Shown here: in pieces, positions 51,522-64,000 of the stretch
How the letters are laid out: every line of letters begins with the position of its first letter
Position numbering within the stretch: the stretch's first letter is position 1
NCBI GenBank assembly: GCA_964016885.1
Contig: OZ024741.1
Coordinates: 337,156,001 to 337,220,000, forward strand
DNA: 64,000 bases
DNA from: Eledone cirrhosa
Lineage: Eukaryota
Reading direction: 5' to 3'
Translations under genes and position numbers: made by a program
Notes under the pieces: generated by a model
Databases searched by the model: none
The model's input: only the letters and a program-made list of their open reading frames with translations
What the model was told of the DNA's origin: nothing

Positions 51522-54500
51522 TTACAGACACATACTCAGAGAAGGCCCATTCATTCGGGCCATACTTGCTTCTCTCACCCATCTTTCAACAAAATGCTGG
51601 GAAGAGAGCACTTCCCTCTCTACCCTGATTTTCCTTTTCAAATGAAATTTGAAAAAGTTAATCAGGGCATCACCGAAGAGGTAAGTGCTCGTCTTCAGCC
51701 CTTTCAAACGTGTCCACCATACTATCTCTTTCGCCATGGCCACCAGACAGATAAAAACTGCCTGCCCTTCCAGGCTAAAGGAAGGGGGCGGGGCAATCCT
51801 CACGATGGACTCAGCTGATAGCTGGATAGGTCCTACACGTGACAGCAGGTGTTCGACATAAACCCACAAGTCAGCAATGCTCGGACACTGGACGAGTGCG
51901 TGCAGGACGGTTTCGTCGCCCTGCGCGCATCTCGGACATGCCCGGCTGACGGCACCTCCATGCCTGTAGAGTTTATCCCGAACTGGCAAAGCTCCTCGGT
52001 AGCACTGCCAAGCCAGGGATTTCTGGAAGTTGTCCATAGGCCCCGGCCCGAAAGTCCTTCCGAAGAGATTGGCTACTTGATTTTCGTCGACGCCTAGAGT
52101 TTCTCCAAGTACGTCGTCGCTCTTCCCCTCCACTAATCCCCTATAGAACGCCAAGGTGGAGTTTCCACCGATCACATTGCCCGATTGGTCGAGGGCTGTG
52201 AGCGCCTGAAGACATTCCAGTCTCCAAGCGCTCCCTCTCGGTCTTCGCTTGACCCAGGACTGCAGCTCCGTCAAGGAGACGAGCTGGGGAAAAACGTGTC
52301 TTGCAAACGGCGACCACACCTGATCACCGTCGAGGAAGAGGTGGAGATGTCGTAGCCTGAGCGCGTGTCTGCGCATCATCAGCCACGGCATGCCCAGCCC
52401 TCCACGTAGCGGGTGTTGACAGCAGATGGACCGCCTGACCATCGGAGCGCGTCCCTTCCACAAGAAGCGAAAGAGCAAACGCTCCAGCGCAGTCAGGCGG
52501 GGCTTAGGACAAGGTACGACGGTCAGGCGGTAGTAGATGACGGATGCGATGTACGCATTCGCCACCTCCGCTCGACCTTTTAGGGATAGCTTCCTCTCGG
52601 CCCATTTCTGGGTGTGAGAAGCCACCCTGCTCGTCACCTCGTCCCAGTTTTTGTCCGTCTGGAGGTCTGGACCGAACCAGACCCCTAGCAATTTAACCGG
52701 TCCGTCCGTCCAGCGCCCGACGACGCTGTTGGACGGCATGGACCTGCCTCTCCAGGTGCCGAGCTGCAGGCCCACTGACTTTTCCTGGTTGATCATTGCT
52801 CCTGTCACCGCTTCGTATTCTCTTAGTGTAGTGCCGATCGCCTCGATGTGTTTGGCGTTCGACACCACTACGGTGACATCGTCGGCATATGCTGACATGG
52901 ATCTTCCGCATCCTAGTTCGCGCGGGACCCCCCTCAACGTCTCCAGTTTGTACAGTAATGGCTCGAGAGTCAATACGTACAATAGGGACGAGAGGGGACA
53001 TCCTTGGCGGACCGAGCGCATGATGTTGAACGGTTCCGAAAGGTGACCGTTCACTCTCACTACAGAGCAGATGTCGCTGTGCATGGCAGCGATCCAGCCT
53101 CTGAAGACGGGCCCAAAGCCAGCCGCCCTCAGGACTGCCGCTAGGTAACGATGGTCGACCCTATCGAAGGCTTTCGACTGATCTAAATTGATCAAAGACC
53201 CACCCGTGCCAGGTTCCCTAGCTACCCTCTCTACGATGTATCGCATGAGGTGGAGGTTGTCGTGGATGGATCTGTCGGGAATGGCGCATGTCTGTGCCTC
53301 TCCCACCAGACCACCAACGACAAGCGCCAACCTCTTTGCTAGCACCTTGGCCAAAATCTTGAACTCTGTGTTTAGCAGAGTTATGGGCCTAAAATTATCT
53401 ATGTTATCCCCCTTGTTCGGATCCTTTCTCAGCAGTGCCACCGCTCCTCGGCTCACAGAGCTGGGAATTCTCCCGTTCTGTTGCCAGTTGCAGTAGACGT
53501 CCGCCAAGAGGCCTCCGAACAAGTTTGGCATTTGTACGTAAAGTTCATAGGGCAGACCATCAAAACCAGGCGATTTACCCCTTGTGCAACTAGTCATTGC
53601 ATCCCGTACTTCAGCGGTTGTTATCGGCTTTTCGCAACACTCCGCCTCAGTGGCCGAAAGCCGCGGCAGTCCGTCGAGGTAGACACTAAAGTCCATCCCT
53701 CGATCCGGCCCGCCACTGCCCCCGAACAGTTGAGCGAAGTGTCGCTGAAAAGCTTCACACATTTGCCCGGGATCGAGTAGCATGCGCCCGTCGTGGTCCA
53801 CCAAAGACCGGATCGTGGCTTTGTTGCCACAACGCGCCTCCGCCACTCGGGCCCATTGAACGGCTTTCGTCCCCTCGTGTCTGAGAGCACGAACCCTAGC
53901 TCTGACAACGCAGCCTTCGTGCTTTGCATTGAAGAATTGGTCAAGGGCCAATTTCGCCGTAAGTACGTCGGTCGCGATGCCTTTGCTAAGCGCCTCATCT
54001 AATTTTCTAACTAATTCTCCCTCTGCTCTATTTTTCTCTATTGCTAAAGTCTTACTAAACCTAATGGACTCTATTCTAATTGCTCTTTTCAGAGCAAACC
54101 ACCACTTGTTGTTGACGATGGCCCCGTCAACGCCCGCTTAACTAGTTCGCTAATCCGGTCTCTGTAGGCCTTGCGCGCTGGTAAGGACGCGTTTAGCTTC
54201 CAGTAGCCGGGTCCTCGTCTATGAAGCCTATCTAAGTCAAGCACACAGATCACGAATTTGTGGTCCGTGTAGCTGACTATCTTGAATTGTGGACAGCCTA
54301 TGCTAGACCTATCTATTTCCCTACAAAATACTCTATCTAGATATGATCTGGATAACCCTATGCGATTTGTCCAAGTCCACATTGGTACATTCGGGAAATC
54401 CATTCGGTACCTGTCAGACAGTTCAAAACGTCTGAGCAGGTTGGTGAGACTCTTGCACCCTCCTTCCCTATCCACTAATCCTACACAATCCCAGCGTGCA

Positions 54501-54940
54501 TCTAAGATCCCGTTCCAGTCGCCCACTAACACTAAAGAGCGGGACGTTCCAAGAAAGGTCTCCAGACTCCGGAAGAAATCAGGCCGCCCTGCTCCTGTTG
54601 GGGCATAGACGGCCACTAACCTGAAAGCTTGCCCGTCTCCGCTGGTCACGTCCAGCACCACCAACTTACCTTCTGGGTCCAGGAAGATGGCCCGTATGGC
54701 AAGATCCAAACCTCTCCGAAAAAGCACAGCAACTCCTCCCCCCGATCCCGGACGGCTGGGAGATGCGTACACATAGTAGCCGCCGAAGATCGGTGCGAAA
54801 GCCTGTGCTTCGGAGATTCTGGTCTCGCTGATGGCCACTACATCTATGTTGAGTGACCTGAGGTCGTTGAGCAGGTGGCCCTGCTTCCATGACGACCCCA
54901 AGCCACGCGCATTTATGCTGCCTATTCTGAGTGAGGTCAT
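51522..54940 (-). CDS. Tx1/L1 ORF2 (APE + RT + CCHC), ~1139 aa if one frameshift at ~54123 is repaired
   Basis: SINARGL, ISET, VYAP, GDWN, SYLDR, TDH, WKLN; KSPGFDG, FRPITLLN, DQSKAFDRV, RQGCPLS, YADD, CPRC...ETVLHALVQC. Confidence 0.9.
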
Positions 54941-54974
54941 GTTGAAAAGGAGTGGAAAAGATGGGAAAGACCAC

Positions 54975-56923
54975 TTACCTTACTTCTCGTAGGGGAAGGA
55001 CGGCTTTTCCATCCTTTTCACTGCTTGTGGCCTCCTCAGGAAGGATGTCCTTATAAATCCTCCTGGAGAGTGCTTGTCGGAAGTCTCCGATGTCTTTGGG
55101 GAATTTTTGTTTTAGTGTCATGTACGTTTTCTGTGTGATGCGAGTGATTTGTATGTGTGGAGGTGGTGTGAATTTTGGGGTTGTTGTGTAGTCTTTTTCT
55201 GTGATGCTGGTGTTGTGTTGGATGTAGTGTAATAATTGCTTGTTGTTCAAATTTAATGATGTGTAGTGTGTATCGTTTTGGTTGTTTTGTTTTGTTTGCG
55301 TTTGTTGTGGGTTTGTTTCTGTTTCGCATTTTGGTGACTTTTGTGGTGTAGGTGATGGTGGTGCTGGGGATAATGATGGTGTTGGTGTTGGTGTTTGGGT
55401 TGATGGGGTTGGTGATGCTGGTGTGGATGGTGGCATATCTGTCCTAACTTTTTTGTTTCTTAGTTTATTTGTTTCCCTCTGTATTTTGTTTTTGGAGGGG
55501 GAAGGAAGAGAATTTTTTCTTTTTTGGTTTCTTTTTTTTTTTCCGGATATCGTTTCCCACTCCTCGTCGTCACAATCTGTCTCCAGTTGTGATAGGCCGA
55601 GGAGTGGAAAATCCTCCACAGCCGTTAGTTTTGGTTGTGGTGTGGTGGATGGTGTAGGCGCTGGTGCTAGTTCTGAAGCGTTGGGTGGTGGTGGTGTTGG
55701 TTTTGCTGGTGGTGGTAGTGGTGTTGGTTTTGCTGGGGTTGTTGCTGTTATAGTTGCTTCTGTTGTTGCTGCTACAGTTGTTGCTGCCATCTCTGCTACT
55801 GGTGGTGTTGATGGTTGTGTCACTGGGGTGGGTAGGAGAGGTGGCCTCAACCTTTTAGCCTGAGGGCAGAAAGCCCTTAGGTGGGTTCCTTCACCACAAA
55901 CGACACACCTAGGTCTTCTGCCCTCGACAATTACCGTGAGGTGGCTGCCGTCAGTGAGGTCTATTACCTCTGGGATCTCCTCAATGCTTTTTTGGTCCGC
56001 TTGGATCAGGAGCTCCATCCCAGATCCGGACCAGTTTTCCTGCTTTTCTTTTGCTACTGCTATTATTTTCGTGTTGGCTTCGATGCCGGCGAGGACAGCC
56101 GCTATTAGCCAGGGAATTTCGATGGCCGGTGGAACGTAGGTCACCCTGATCTTTACGAGTCTCTGGCCACAATAGCTTGGGACGAGTGTGAGGTCGTCAC
56201 TTTTTAATGGGGCCATGGAGTGTTCTCTAGCCTCCTCTGGTGTTTCAAAGAACACATCCACGGTTCCATACTTTTGCCCACGTCTGATGTGGGTTTTTCT
56301 TGCCCACACATGTCCCAAAGCTTTTTGGATTTGGGACTCGGATGCCCGTTCCACTCGGCGCGATTTTACATTTATTGTTCTATACGACACGGTGCACAGG
56401 CGCCGATGCTCCATTTTATTAGGGGGGGGGGGGTGAGGCTGACCCTGTACCCATCTTTCTTTACCATTTGTTTGGCATTTTCTAAATCTTCTTGAGTTAC
56501 CGTGAACGCTTCGAATTGTTTTGCTACGATGGCGAAACTGCGGGTCGGTTTTATAATGTCATTGTTGTTGTTGTTGCTATCGTTAATATTAATTTTATTT
56601 TCAGTTGTGGTGGTGGTGACGTCAGTCGTCTTTGGTGGGGAAGAGTCCATTTTGCTTGATTTCATTTCGACGTCACGAGTTAATTTATTTTTTTCTTCTT
56701 TTGTTTCTGTTGTCGCGGTGGTGGTGGTGGAGGGTTTAACACCTGCAGTCATTGGTAATGGCGGGAAATGAATGTCTGCCTGAGACAAATTTAAAATATT
56801 GCTACTGCTTATATTTTTTTTTGTGTTGGCAAACGTAGTAACATTTACAATGGTGGTGTCGGTGTGAGGTGTTATTTTGTGAGGAAGGCTTTCAGCTGCT
56901 TCGTGCAGAGGGGAATTAGCCAT
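54975..56923 (-). CDS. Tx1/L1 ORF1 (RRM-like region, CCHC zinc knuckle, Pro/Thr-rich tail); split by one frameshift in a C12 run
   Basis: ORFs 56372-56923 and 54975-56414 overlap at the homopolymer 56422-56433; EGRRPRCVVCGEGTHLRAFCP. Confidence 0.8.
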
Positions 56924-57152
56924 TTTTTTTCAAAGAAATTTTTGGATAATAATAAAAGTTAAAATTTTGGGCACAAGGCCCCAATCTTTTTGGGTGTCCT
57001 TTTCGGAAAACAATGTATGTGTGCTTATAAACAGTTTACAATAAAATTTTCCATAAATGGCAATTTTTAAACAAACGGAAATAACAAACCTTTGCGGAGC
57101 TCACGATAATACGATTTCCTACGTAGGTCGCCAATAATAATAATAATAATAA

Positions 57153-57571
57153 TGCTTTCTTTATTAACCATAAGGGTTTACATAAAGTAGACATTAAGGA
57201 CAGTACAGGACAATACAGGACGGTACAAATGGGCATTTCTGCGTGTAAAAAAAAACAGAGGATGTAATAAAAAATAACAATGAAAAATCCCCAATAGGGG
57301 GGAGACTTCCGAGGGACATTTGTGGAGAAAGCCCATTAAAAGGCCACAGTGACCCTGACCACCAGGGCAAGTGTCCTCTCCCAGTTTTCCACCTTTAATT
57401 TACAGACACATACTCAGAGTAGGCCCATTCACTCGGGCCATACTTGCTTCTCTCACCCATCTTTCAACAAAATGCTGGGATGAGAGCACTTCCCTCTCTA
57501 CCCTCATTTTCTTTTTCAAATGAAATTTGAAAAAGTTAATCAGGGCATCACCGAAGAGGTAAGTGCTCGTC
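57153..57571 (-). mobile_element. Second, 5'-truncated copy of the Tx1-type LINE (3' ~420 bp)
   Basis: Nearly identical to 51279-51693; (AAT)n on both sides. Confidence 0.93.
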
Positions 57572-58383
57572 AATAATAATTGTTTCTACTTTTGGCACAA
57601 GGCCAGCAATTATCCCAGTGTATTACTGGTACTTTATTTTATCGACCCTGTAAGGATGAAAGGCAAAGTTAACCTCGGCGGGATTTGAACTCAGATCATA
57701 AAGGGATGTAACTCTATGCTGGAAAGCATGACGTCTGACCTTCTACCGATACTGCCAATCGACCTCGTAAGGATGAAGGGCAAAGTTAACCTAGGCACAA
57801 GGCCAACGATTTGGAGGGAGAGGAAAGTTGATTAAATCGACCCCATTGCATAACTAGTACTTTATTTTATCAACCCTATAAGGATGAAAGGCAATGCTAA
57901 CCTCAACATGATTTGAACTCAAAATGTAAAGAGATGTAACTATATACTGCCAATCCACCACTCTAATAAAAACAAATAATAATGTTCATAACAATGAGCT
58001 TTTAAAAATAATTAAGGAAATTACATTATTGTTGTAAAATATGTTTGTTGTTCATTTTGAAGGCATATTGTCTCATCATAATTAAACTTAAATTAGGATC
58101 TAAAAGTGTTTTTTGACACCTTTGAATGAACTTGAAAATAACTAACAAGAGGCATTGATTGTTATATAAAACACTTCTATTTGAACTACACTAATAGAAG
58201 TTTTTTATAGCTCAATGATTGCTTCCTGTAGATAATGAATAAATTGTCTGAAGATTGCTTCTAACGAGGAGAGTTTCTAGTTTAGTCTTCAGAAAAGCAG
58301 GTTAAAAAATTCAAACAGAGAAGCAAATAATATTAATTATGTAAAAAGTTTCATAGCAATCATTTTATATGGAACACACACAC

Positions 58384-58525
<142 letters not shown>

Positions 58526-59065
58526 CATATATATTTCCCAATAGTATAACCTGGTTGTGTTGTTAAAGCAAAGATTATAAACAAACTAATTTTTACAAAA
58601 TGTGATGAAGATAGTGAAGATTTAAAATGGAGACATATGTCAATTTAAAATGTAAACATTAGCTATTTCTGATTGATTGCAAAGTTATGAGAGAAAGAAG
58701 AAAAAATTAACAATTGTTCTCAATTAATGCAAACTGACGTTTTTTTTCAAATCTTGAAACACATCTCATAAAGTGAAAGGCTTGTTATTAGCCTCACTTC
58801 CACCCCACCTCTCTCTCTCACTCTCTCTCTCTCTCCCTCCCTCACTTTATCTGTCTGTCAGTCTCTGACTCTCTCTCCCACTCCTTCTATACCTGTCAGT
58901 ATGTCTCTCACTCCCTTTATTTATCCGTTAGCCTCTCTCTCCCCTCCCTGTCTCTCTTTATCTATCTATCATTCTCTATCTCTCTTCCTCTCCCTCTATA
59001 TCTGTCAGTCTCTCTCTCCATCCCTCTCAATTTATTTGTCTATCAGTTTCAGTCTCTCTCTCCCC

Positions 59066-59107
<42 letters not shown>

Positions 59108-59200
59108 CTATCTAACTATCAATCTCTGTCTCTCACTCTCCCTCTAAATCTGTCAGTCTGTCTTTCATTCTCATTGCATGTCTTTCATTCTCATTACATG

Positions 59201-59274
<74 letters not shown>

Positions 59275-61380
59275 TTTCTCTCTTTGCTTTCTTTTCCCTT
59301 TAACATCAGCATATAAATGAAGAAGAGCAGAACATTGGGAGATGGACTGTAAAAAGTCTGAAGAAATTTAAGAGCAGGAAGGAAATGAAAGTGTGTGGAA
59401 GAGTGATGAATGTGCAGATGGTTGAATTAGATGAAAATGGTGCGGGTTGATAACAGTAATTAATTAAAGCAAATCTTTTTTTTTTTTTCTTTCTCTATTT
59501 TAGGAATAAATGCATTTCAATTTCTAGAAATTGTTTTGCAATTACATTCACACTCAAACAAAGCTTCCCTGGTCACAAATAACATTTCGATATTCATTTA
59601 AGCAAACATTTAGATTTTATTGGTCACAACCAGCCTACTAAAGAGTAGCAATTCACTATTTTATGCTGAGATTAACAATCCATCAATCCATTTTAACAAA
59701 CCTCTATTTAAAATCCTGAGAGATTAAATATTGTCAAAATGTAATTGATTCTACATTATTAAAAATATTAGATTTTGTAGTTGTATTTGTCTGGCTAGAG
59801 ACTTGATCTGAGAGCGTGTGTTGAAACTAAAACAATTACTGCACAGAAGAAGAATTTTAATCATTAAAAAACACAAAAATCTGTTAACTTTATTTTGTAT
59901 TTATCATTTATTTTTTTGGTGCCAGACTTTTCGTCACACTCTGTGTGACCTGGTCACTGACCACATTTTGTGTGTTTTTGATTAGCTAAAATGACTCTTC
60001 AATGCAGTAATTGTTGAAGATATTAGAAAAATTGCTCTAATTAAAAATATTCTGATTTTATTTTCATTTATTTTCTGATTTGTTTACAGAAAATATACAT
60101 CTTGATAGTAAAATTGTAGCTATAAAAAATTTCCTTGATAATTTGTGCACTTTGAAAACCTATTTTTACTGTGAAACTCATCTGGAAAGAAACATATTAG
60201 ATGAAATAGTAAAGTGGATTTAACATAATTAATCTAGTGAGTTAAGAAATGTTGATTAATTAAAATTGCAATTGTTGTAGTGGTGAGAGAAAAATCATTA
60301 TCTTAATTAATCAATAGGAGCAGGAGTAGACAACTCAAAAATACAAATTGATTTAAAACAATGATTTTTAATTTAGGTTCAAGGCCAGAAATTCTTTAGA
60401 GATAGGGACAAGGCAATTAAATCGATCCTTGTACTTTACTGGTACTTTATTTTATCAACCCCCTAGATTGATGAAAGGTTAAACTGACGATGGCAAGATT
60501 TGAATGCATTAAAATCATTCAAAAATACAATGCAAGGGAAAGTGAGTCTGATCTTCGGCAGTATGGTGAAAACTAATCATATTTCAGTCTTATTAAACCT
60601 GATAAAATCCAGGATTATTTCCCTTGCCTTTTTTTACCAGAATAACTATTGAATTATCTTTACTTTGTCACTATGGCTGTAATTTTAGTAATTTTAAATT
60701 ATTTGACTTGATATGTTAGTGCATACAATACTATTAATTTCTATAAAACTTGCCAAACAAAGGATCAAGAGAACTCTTCAGCTGTGTCAAAGACATGAAA
60801 CCCTCCCTAATGCTGGTGCCATGATAAAATGCACTCTGTATAGCATGAGATTGTATGTAAGCAAGATGACCCCTGACCTATTTGAGAGCCCAGTAGCTCT
60901 GTTTGAGTACTGACACAGTTTGTGAGGATCTATCCAAACTTGCTAGCAGGGTAAATGGATGTTAAATGATGACCATGATGATAATGATGATGATGATCAC
61001 CATCAACATCATAACAACAGGAATCCTGTCATATATCAGATGAAACCTGAGCCTGTTATTAACATTTTACAGTCGTCTGATATCTGTAGATATTAAATTG
61101 ACATTAGACATAGTATCATTAACATATATTAATTTCATTCTAAAGCCCACCATGAAAGCAGTATTTACTAATTAACACAGGAGTTTGTTAGTTCATGGTA
61201 TAGAGCTTTAGACTGTTTTTACTGTTATTGTGTGCATTTGAGATCCACATTTTCAAGTTCTAATGTATTTTAGTAATTCCTATAGTTTATCTGAAAGAAA
61301 GAATTTATATTCTGATACTGTTGTTTTTTAGTGAATGCTTGAGTAGGTATGTCCCCATTCAGGTCAAAACAAGAAATATT

Positions 61381-61457
<77 letters not shown>

Positions 61458-62235
61458 CAAGTATTGATTTCAAGAAAAATAAAACTTTGGCGTGAAGAGG
61501 TTATGAATTTATTTGCTTTGACATATGTTTCTGAGTCTATTATAAATTGTCTACATATGCTGACCTCAATATATATTATTCGATCATATACAATACTTAA
61601 TTATTTATTACACTTCATCAAAAAGCCTATAGTAGTGGAATTCAACTATTCACTATGAGATAGAATTCAGTAATGAGATTTTCTTTTAAGAAAATGTAAA
61701 TGTAGCATGAAATACAGTCAGTTATTGTTATAGTAGAGAGGAGAGGGAGTGGGGGCAAAGAGTTTCACACTATCAATCCATGTGTTGTGAGGTGAAACAA
61801 TTATTCTTTGACCATTGTTATAGGGGAAAGTTTTGATTTTTACCATATATGGGGGTAAAGAAGGTATAAAAAGAGGGACAGAGAAAGATAAGTAGAGATT
61901 AAGAGTAGACTAGAGTGGGTAAGGAGGAAAGGAATATATATATATATATATATATGGTGTTAGGAAGAGCATCCAACCGTAGAAAACCTGCCAGATAGTC
62001 CTATACGAGTGAGACACGGTCACACGACCAATCTTACCTCAAATGGGACAATTCATGTCTAACCCATGCTAGCGTGGAAGATAGACGTTAAACGATGATA
62101 ATGATGATGATATGTATATATATATATATATATACATAACATACATTGTTCTATAAATGTATATGTGTAATCCAAAAACAACAGTATAAAAATTAACCCC
62201 AAAACATATATATAAAGATATATATATATATAAAG

Positions 62236-62300
<65 letters not shown>

Positions 62301-62379
62301 CACTCATTACAGATACATAGACTCATATAGATATATGAGGGCCGACTGAATACGCACGTGTGTTTTTTTTCTCCCTAAC

Positions 62380-62495
62380 CTTTTTCTCATTTTCCCTGTT
62401 AAAACTCTCTTCCTGCTATTTCAAGCATTAAACTAATATATTTCTTCCATATAATGTGCCATTTGTTTTGTTATTTTCGTTGTTAATTTTACATA
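62380..62495 (+). mobile_element. Third copy of the short hammerhead repeat, lacking the catalytic core
   Basis: tttctcattttccctg joins directly to ttaaaactctcttcctgctatttcaagcattaaactaat; compare 14445-14525. Confidence 0.65.
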
Positions 62496-62505
62496 CATAC
62501 ACATT

Positions 62506-62577
<72 letters not shown>

Positions 62578-63510
62578 TATATATATAAATATATATATAT
62601 AAGGATATATATATACATACATATATATATATATATATAAAAATCAACAAATATTGTTTACTTTATTTAACATATGGAAAATAAAGCGATTGTAAAGTAA
62701 AATCCTTAAACAAGAGAATTGACTACAAAAGAAGGATTAATTCTATACCAGCCTTTGTCTTCCTTTTGTAAATGTGTTATAAATATTAAAATCTTATTTG
62801 CAGCATTCTCTTCTTCCATCACTGCCTATTCCTCACTTACTCAAGAAATATTGCATCCAATTCAATATCAACACCATCGTTCCATGTGGAACGAAAGCTG
62901 AAATAGTCATTGATGAAGGATTAGTGGCTGGCTGGTTGAGTACAAAACAGCTTTGTCAGATTTTAGTTGAATAACATTAAATAAAAAAAATTAAAAACAT
63001 ACAAACAAACAAAAAATATTCTAAAATATTTGAAAAACAAATCGAAGAAGCACAAACAAGAAACTAACATGAATTACGCCAATGACAAAGTGATGGGCGT
63101 CAACTTAACACCATTTAATCTTCAGAGAGAGAAAAAAACTTTCTATGTAGTTTTCCTATATTTTTTTTTTATTTTATTTCATTCTTTTTTTCTCCCACTC
63201 TCTCTCTCTCTCTTCCCCCCACCCCCACCACTTGTTATGTCTTAGTGCTTTATTATGTGTTTATATGTTTTTTTATTTGGGTTTTCTTTGTTGCTGTTGT
63301 TGTTGTTTGTTTTTTTCAAGAGAAATGTATGGTTGAAATGTGCAGCTGTGAATAGCAGGCATAGAGAAGGAGAGGGTGTTAAGGAAGCAGGCAATCTTAG
63401 TAAGCAGTTAAGTGACAGATAAAGAGCAAAGCAGATTGATATAAAAAAAAATGGTGGATGAGTGAGGAAGAGGAGAAATAAAGTTTAAAGAAACTTTTCC
63501 AGAGAAAAAA

Positions 63511-63597
<87 letters not shown>

Positions 63598-64000
63598 ATC
63601 CAGGATATGGATGGTAAAGAAAAGCAGAGGAAGAAATAGTTTCAGTGAAATGACCTACAGTTATTCCACTTTGTTAGCTTTAAGAAATAGTGTTGAACAA
63701 AGACATAATGGCGAGGCTATTTCACAAATACTATTAAAAATCATTTTATATTATTATTGGCAGTATCAGTAGAGGGTTGGATGCCATGCTTTGATGCATA
63801 GAGTTACCCTTGCTAATCTGAGTTAAAATCCCGCCAAGGTTAACTTTGCCTTTCATCCTTATGGGGGTCGATAAAATAGAGTACCAGTAATGCACTGGTT
63901 AATTGCTGATCTTGTGCCTAAATTAGAAACCATAATTATTACTATTATAATAGCCACTAGGGCCCAAGATATTTGGGAGAGTATAAGGGTGATACCCTAA

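Larger units (their letters stand above)
51279..57132 (-). mobile_element. Full-length L1/Tx1-type LINE (~5.85 kb) flanked on both sides by (AAT)n
   Basis: 5' UTR, ORF1, APE-RT-CCHC ORF2 and 3' UTR; GC/CpG-rich compared with the host DNA. Confidence 0.93.

Noticed and set aside
57060-57132. HDV-like ribozyme at the 5' end of the Tx1 element (ggcgacctacgtagg...)
   Set aside because: Only a short palindrome (cctacgtagg); I could not build P1 or the nested pseudoknot by eye.

Overview
AT-rich, microsatellite-laden animal DNA, very likely octopus or another coleoid cephalopod (inferred from the protocadherin type and the repeat families). The only host gene is a protocadherin on +. One large exon (splice acceptor AG at 5143-5144, ATG at 5235, phase-0 donor CAG|GTAAGA after 7613) encodes a signal peptide, six cadherin repeats, a TM helix and the start of the cytoplasmic tail. 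The remaining ~56 kb is probably intron or intergenic. It holds five copies of one young RTE LINE, a full-length L1/Tx1-type LINE sitting in (AAT)n, R4/Dong-like remnants, Penelope-like elements, tRNA-derived SINEs, mariner, hAT and piggyBac-like MITEs, and a ~15.6-kb G/T-rich satellite with kilobase-scale higher-order structure. The most striking signal is non-coding: a near-canonical type I hammerhead ribozyme (- strand, 26394-26486, GUC cleavage site) lies inside a 444-nt unit with a ~90-nt terminal direct repeat. This is the footprint expected of a retrotransposed circular RNA (non-LTR retrozyme). Several minimal or degenerate Penelope-type hammerheads lie nearby. All calls are by eye; no database searches or folding programs were run.
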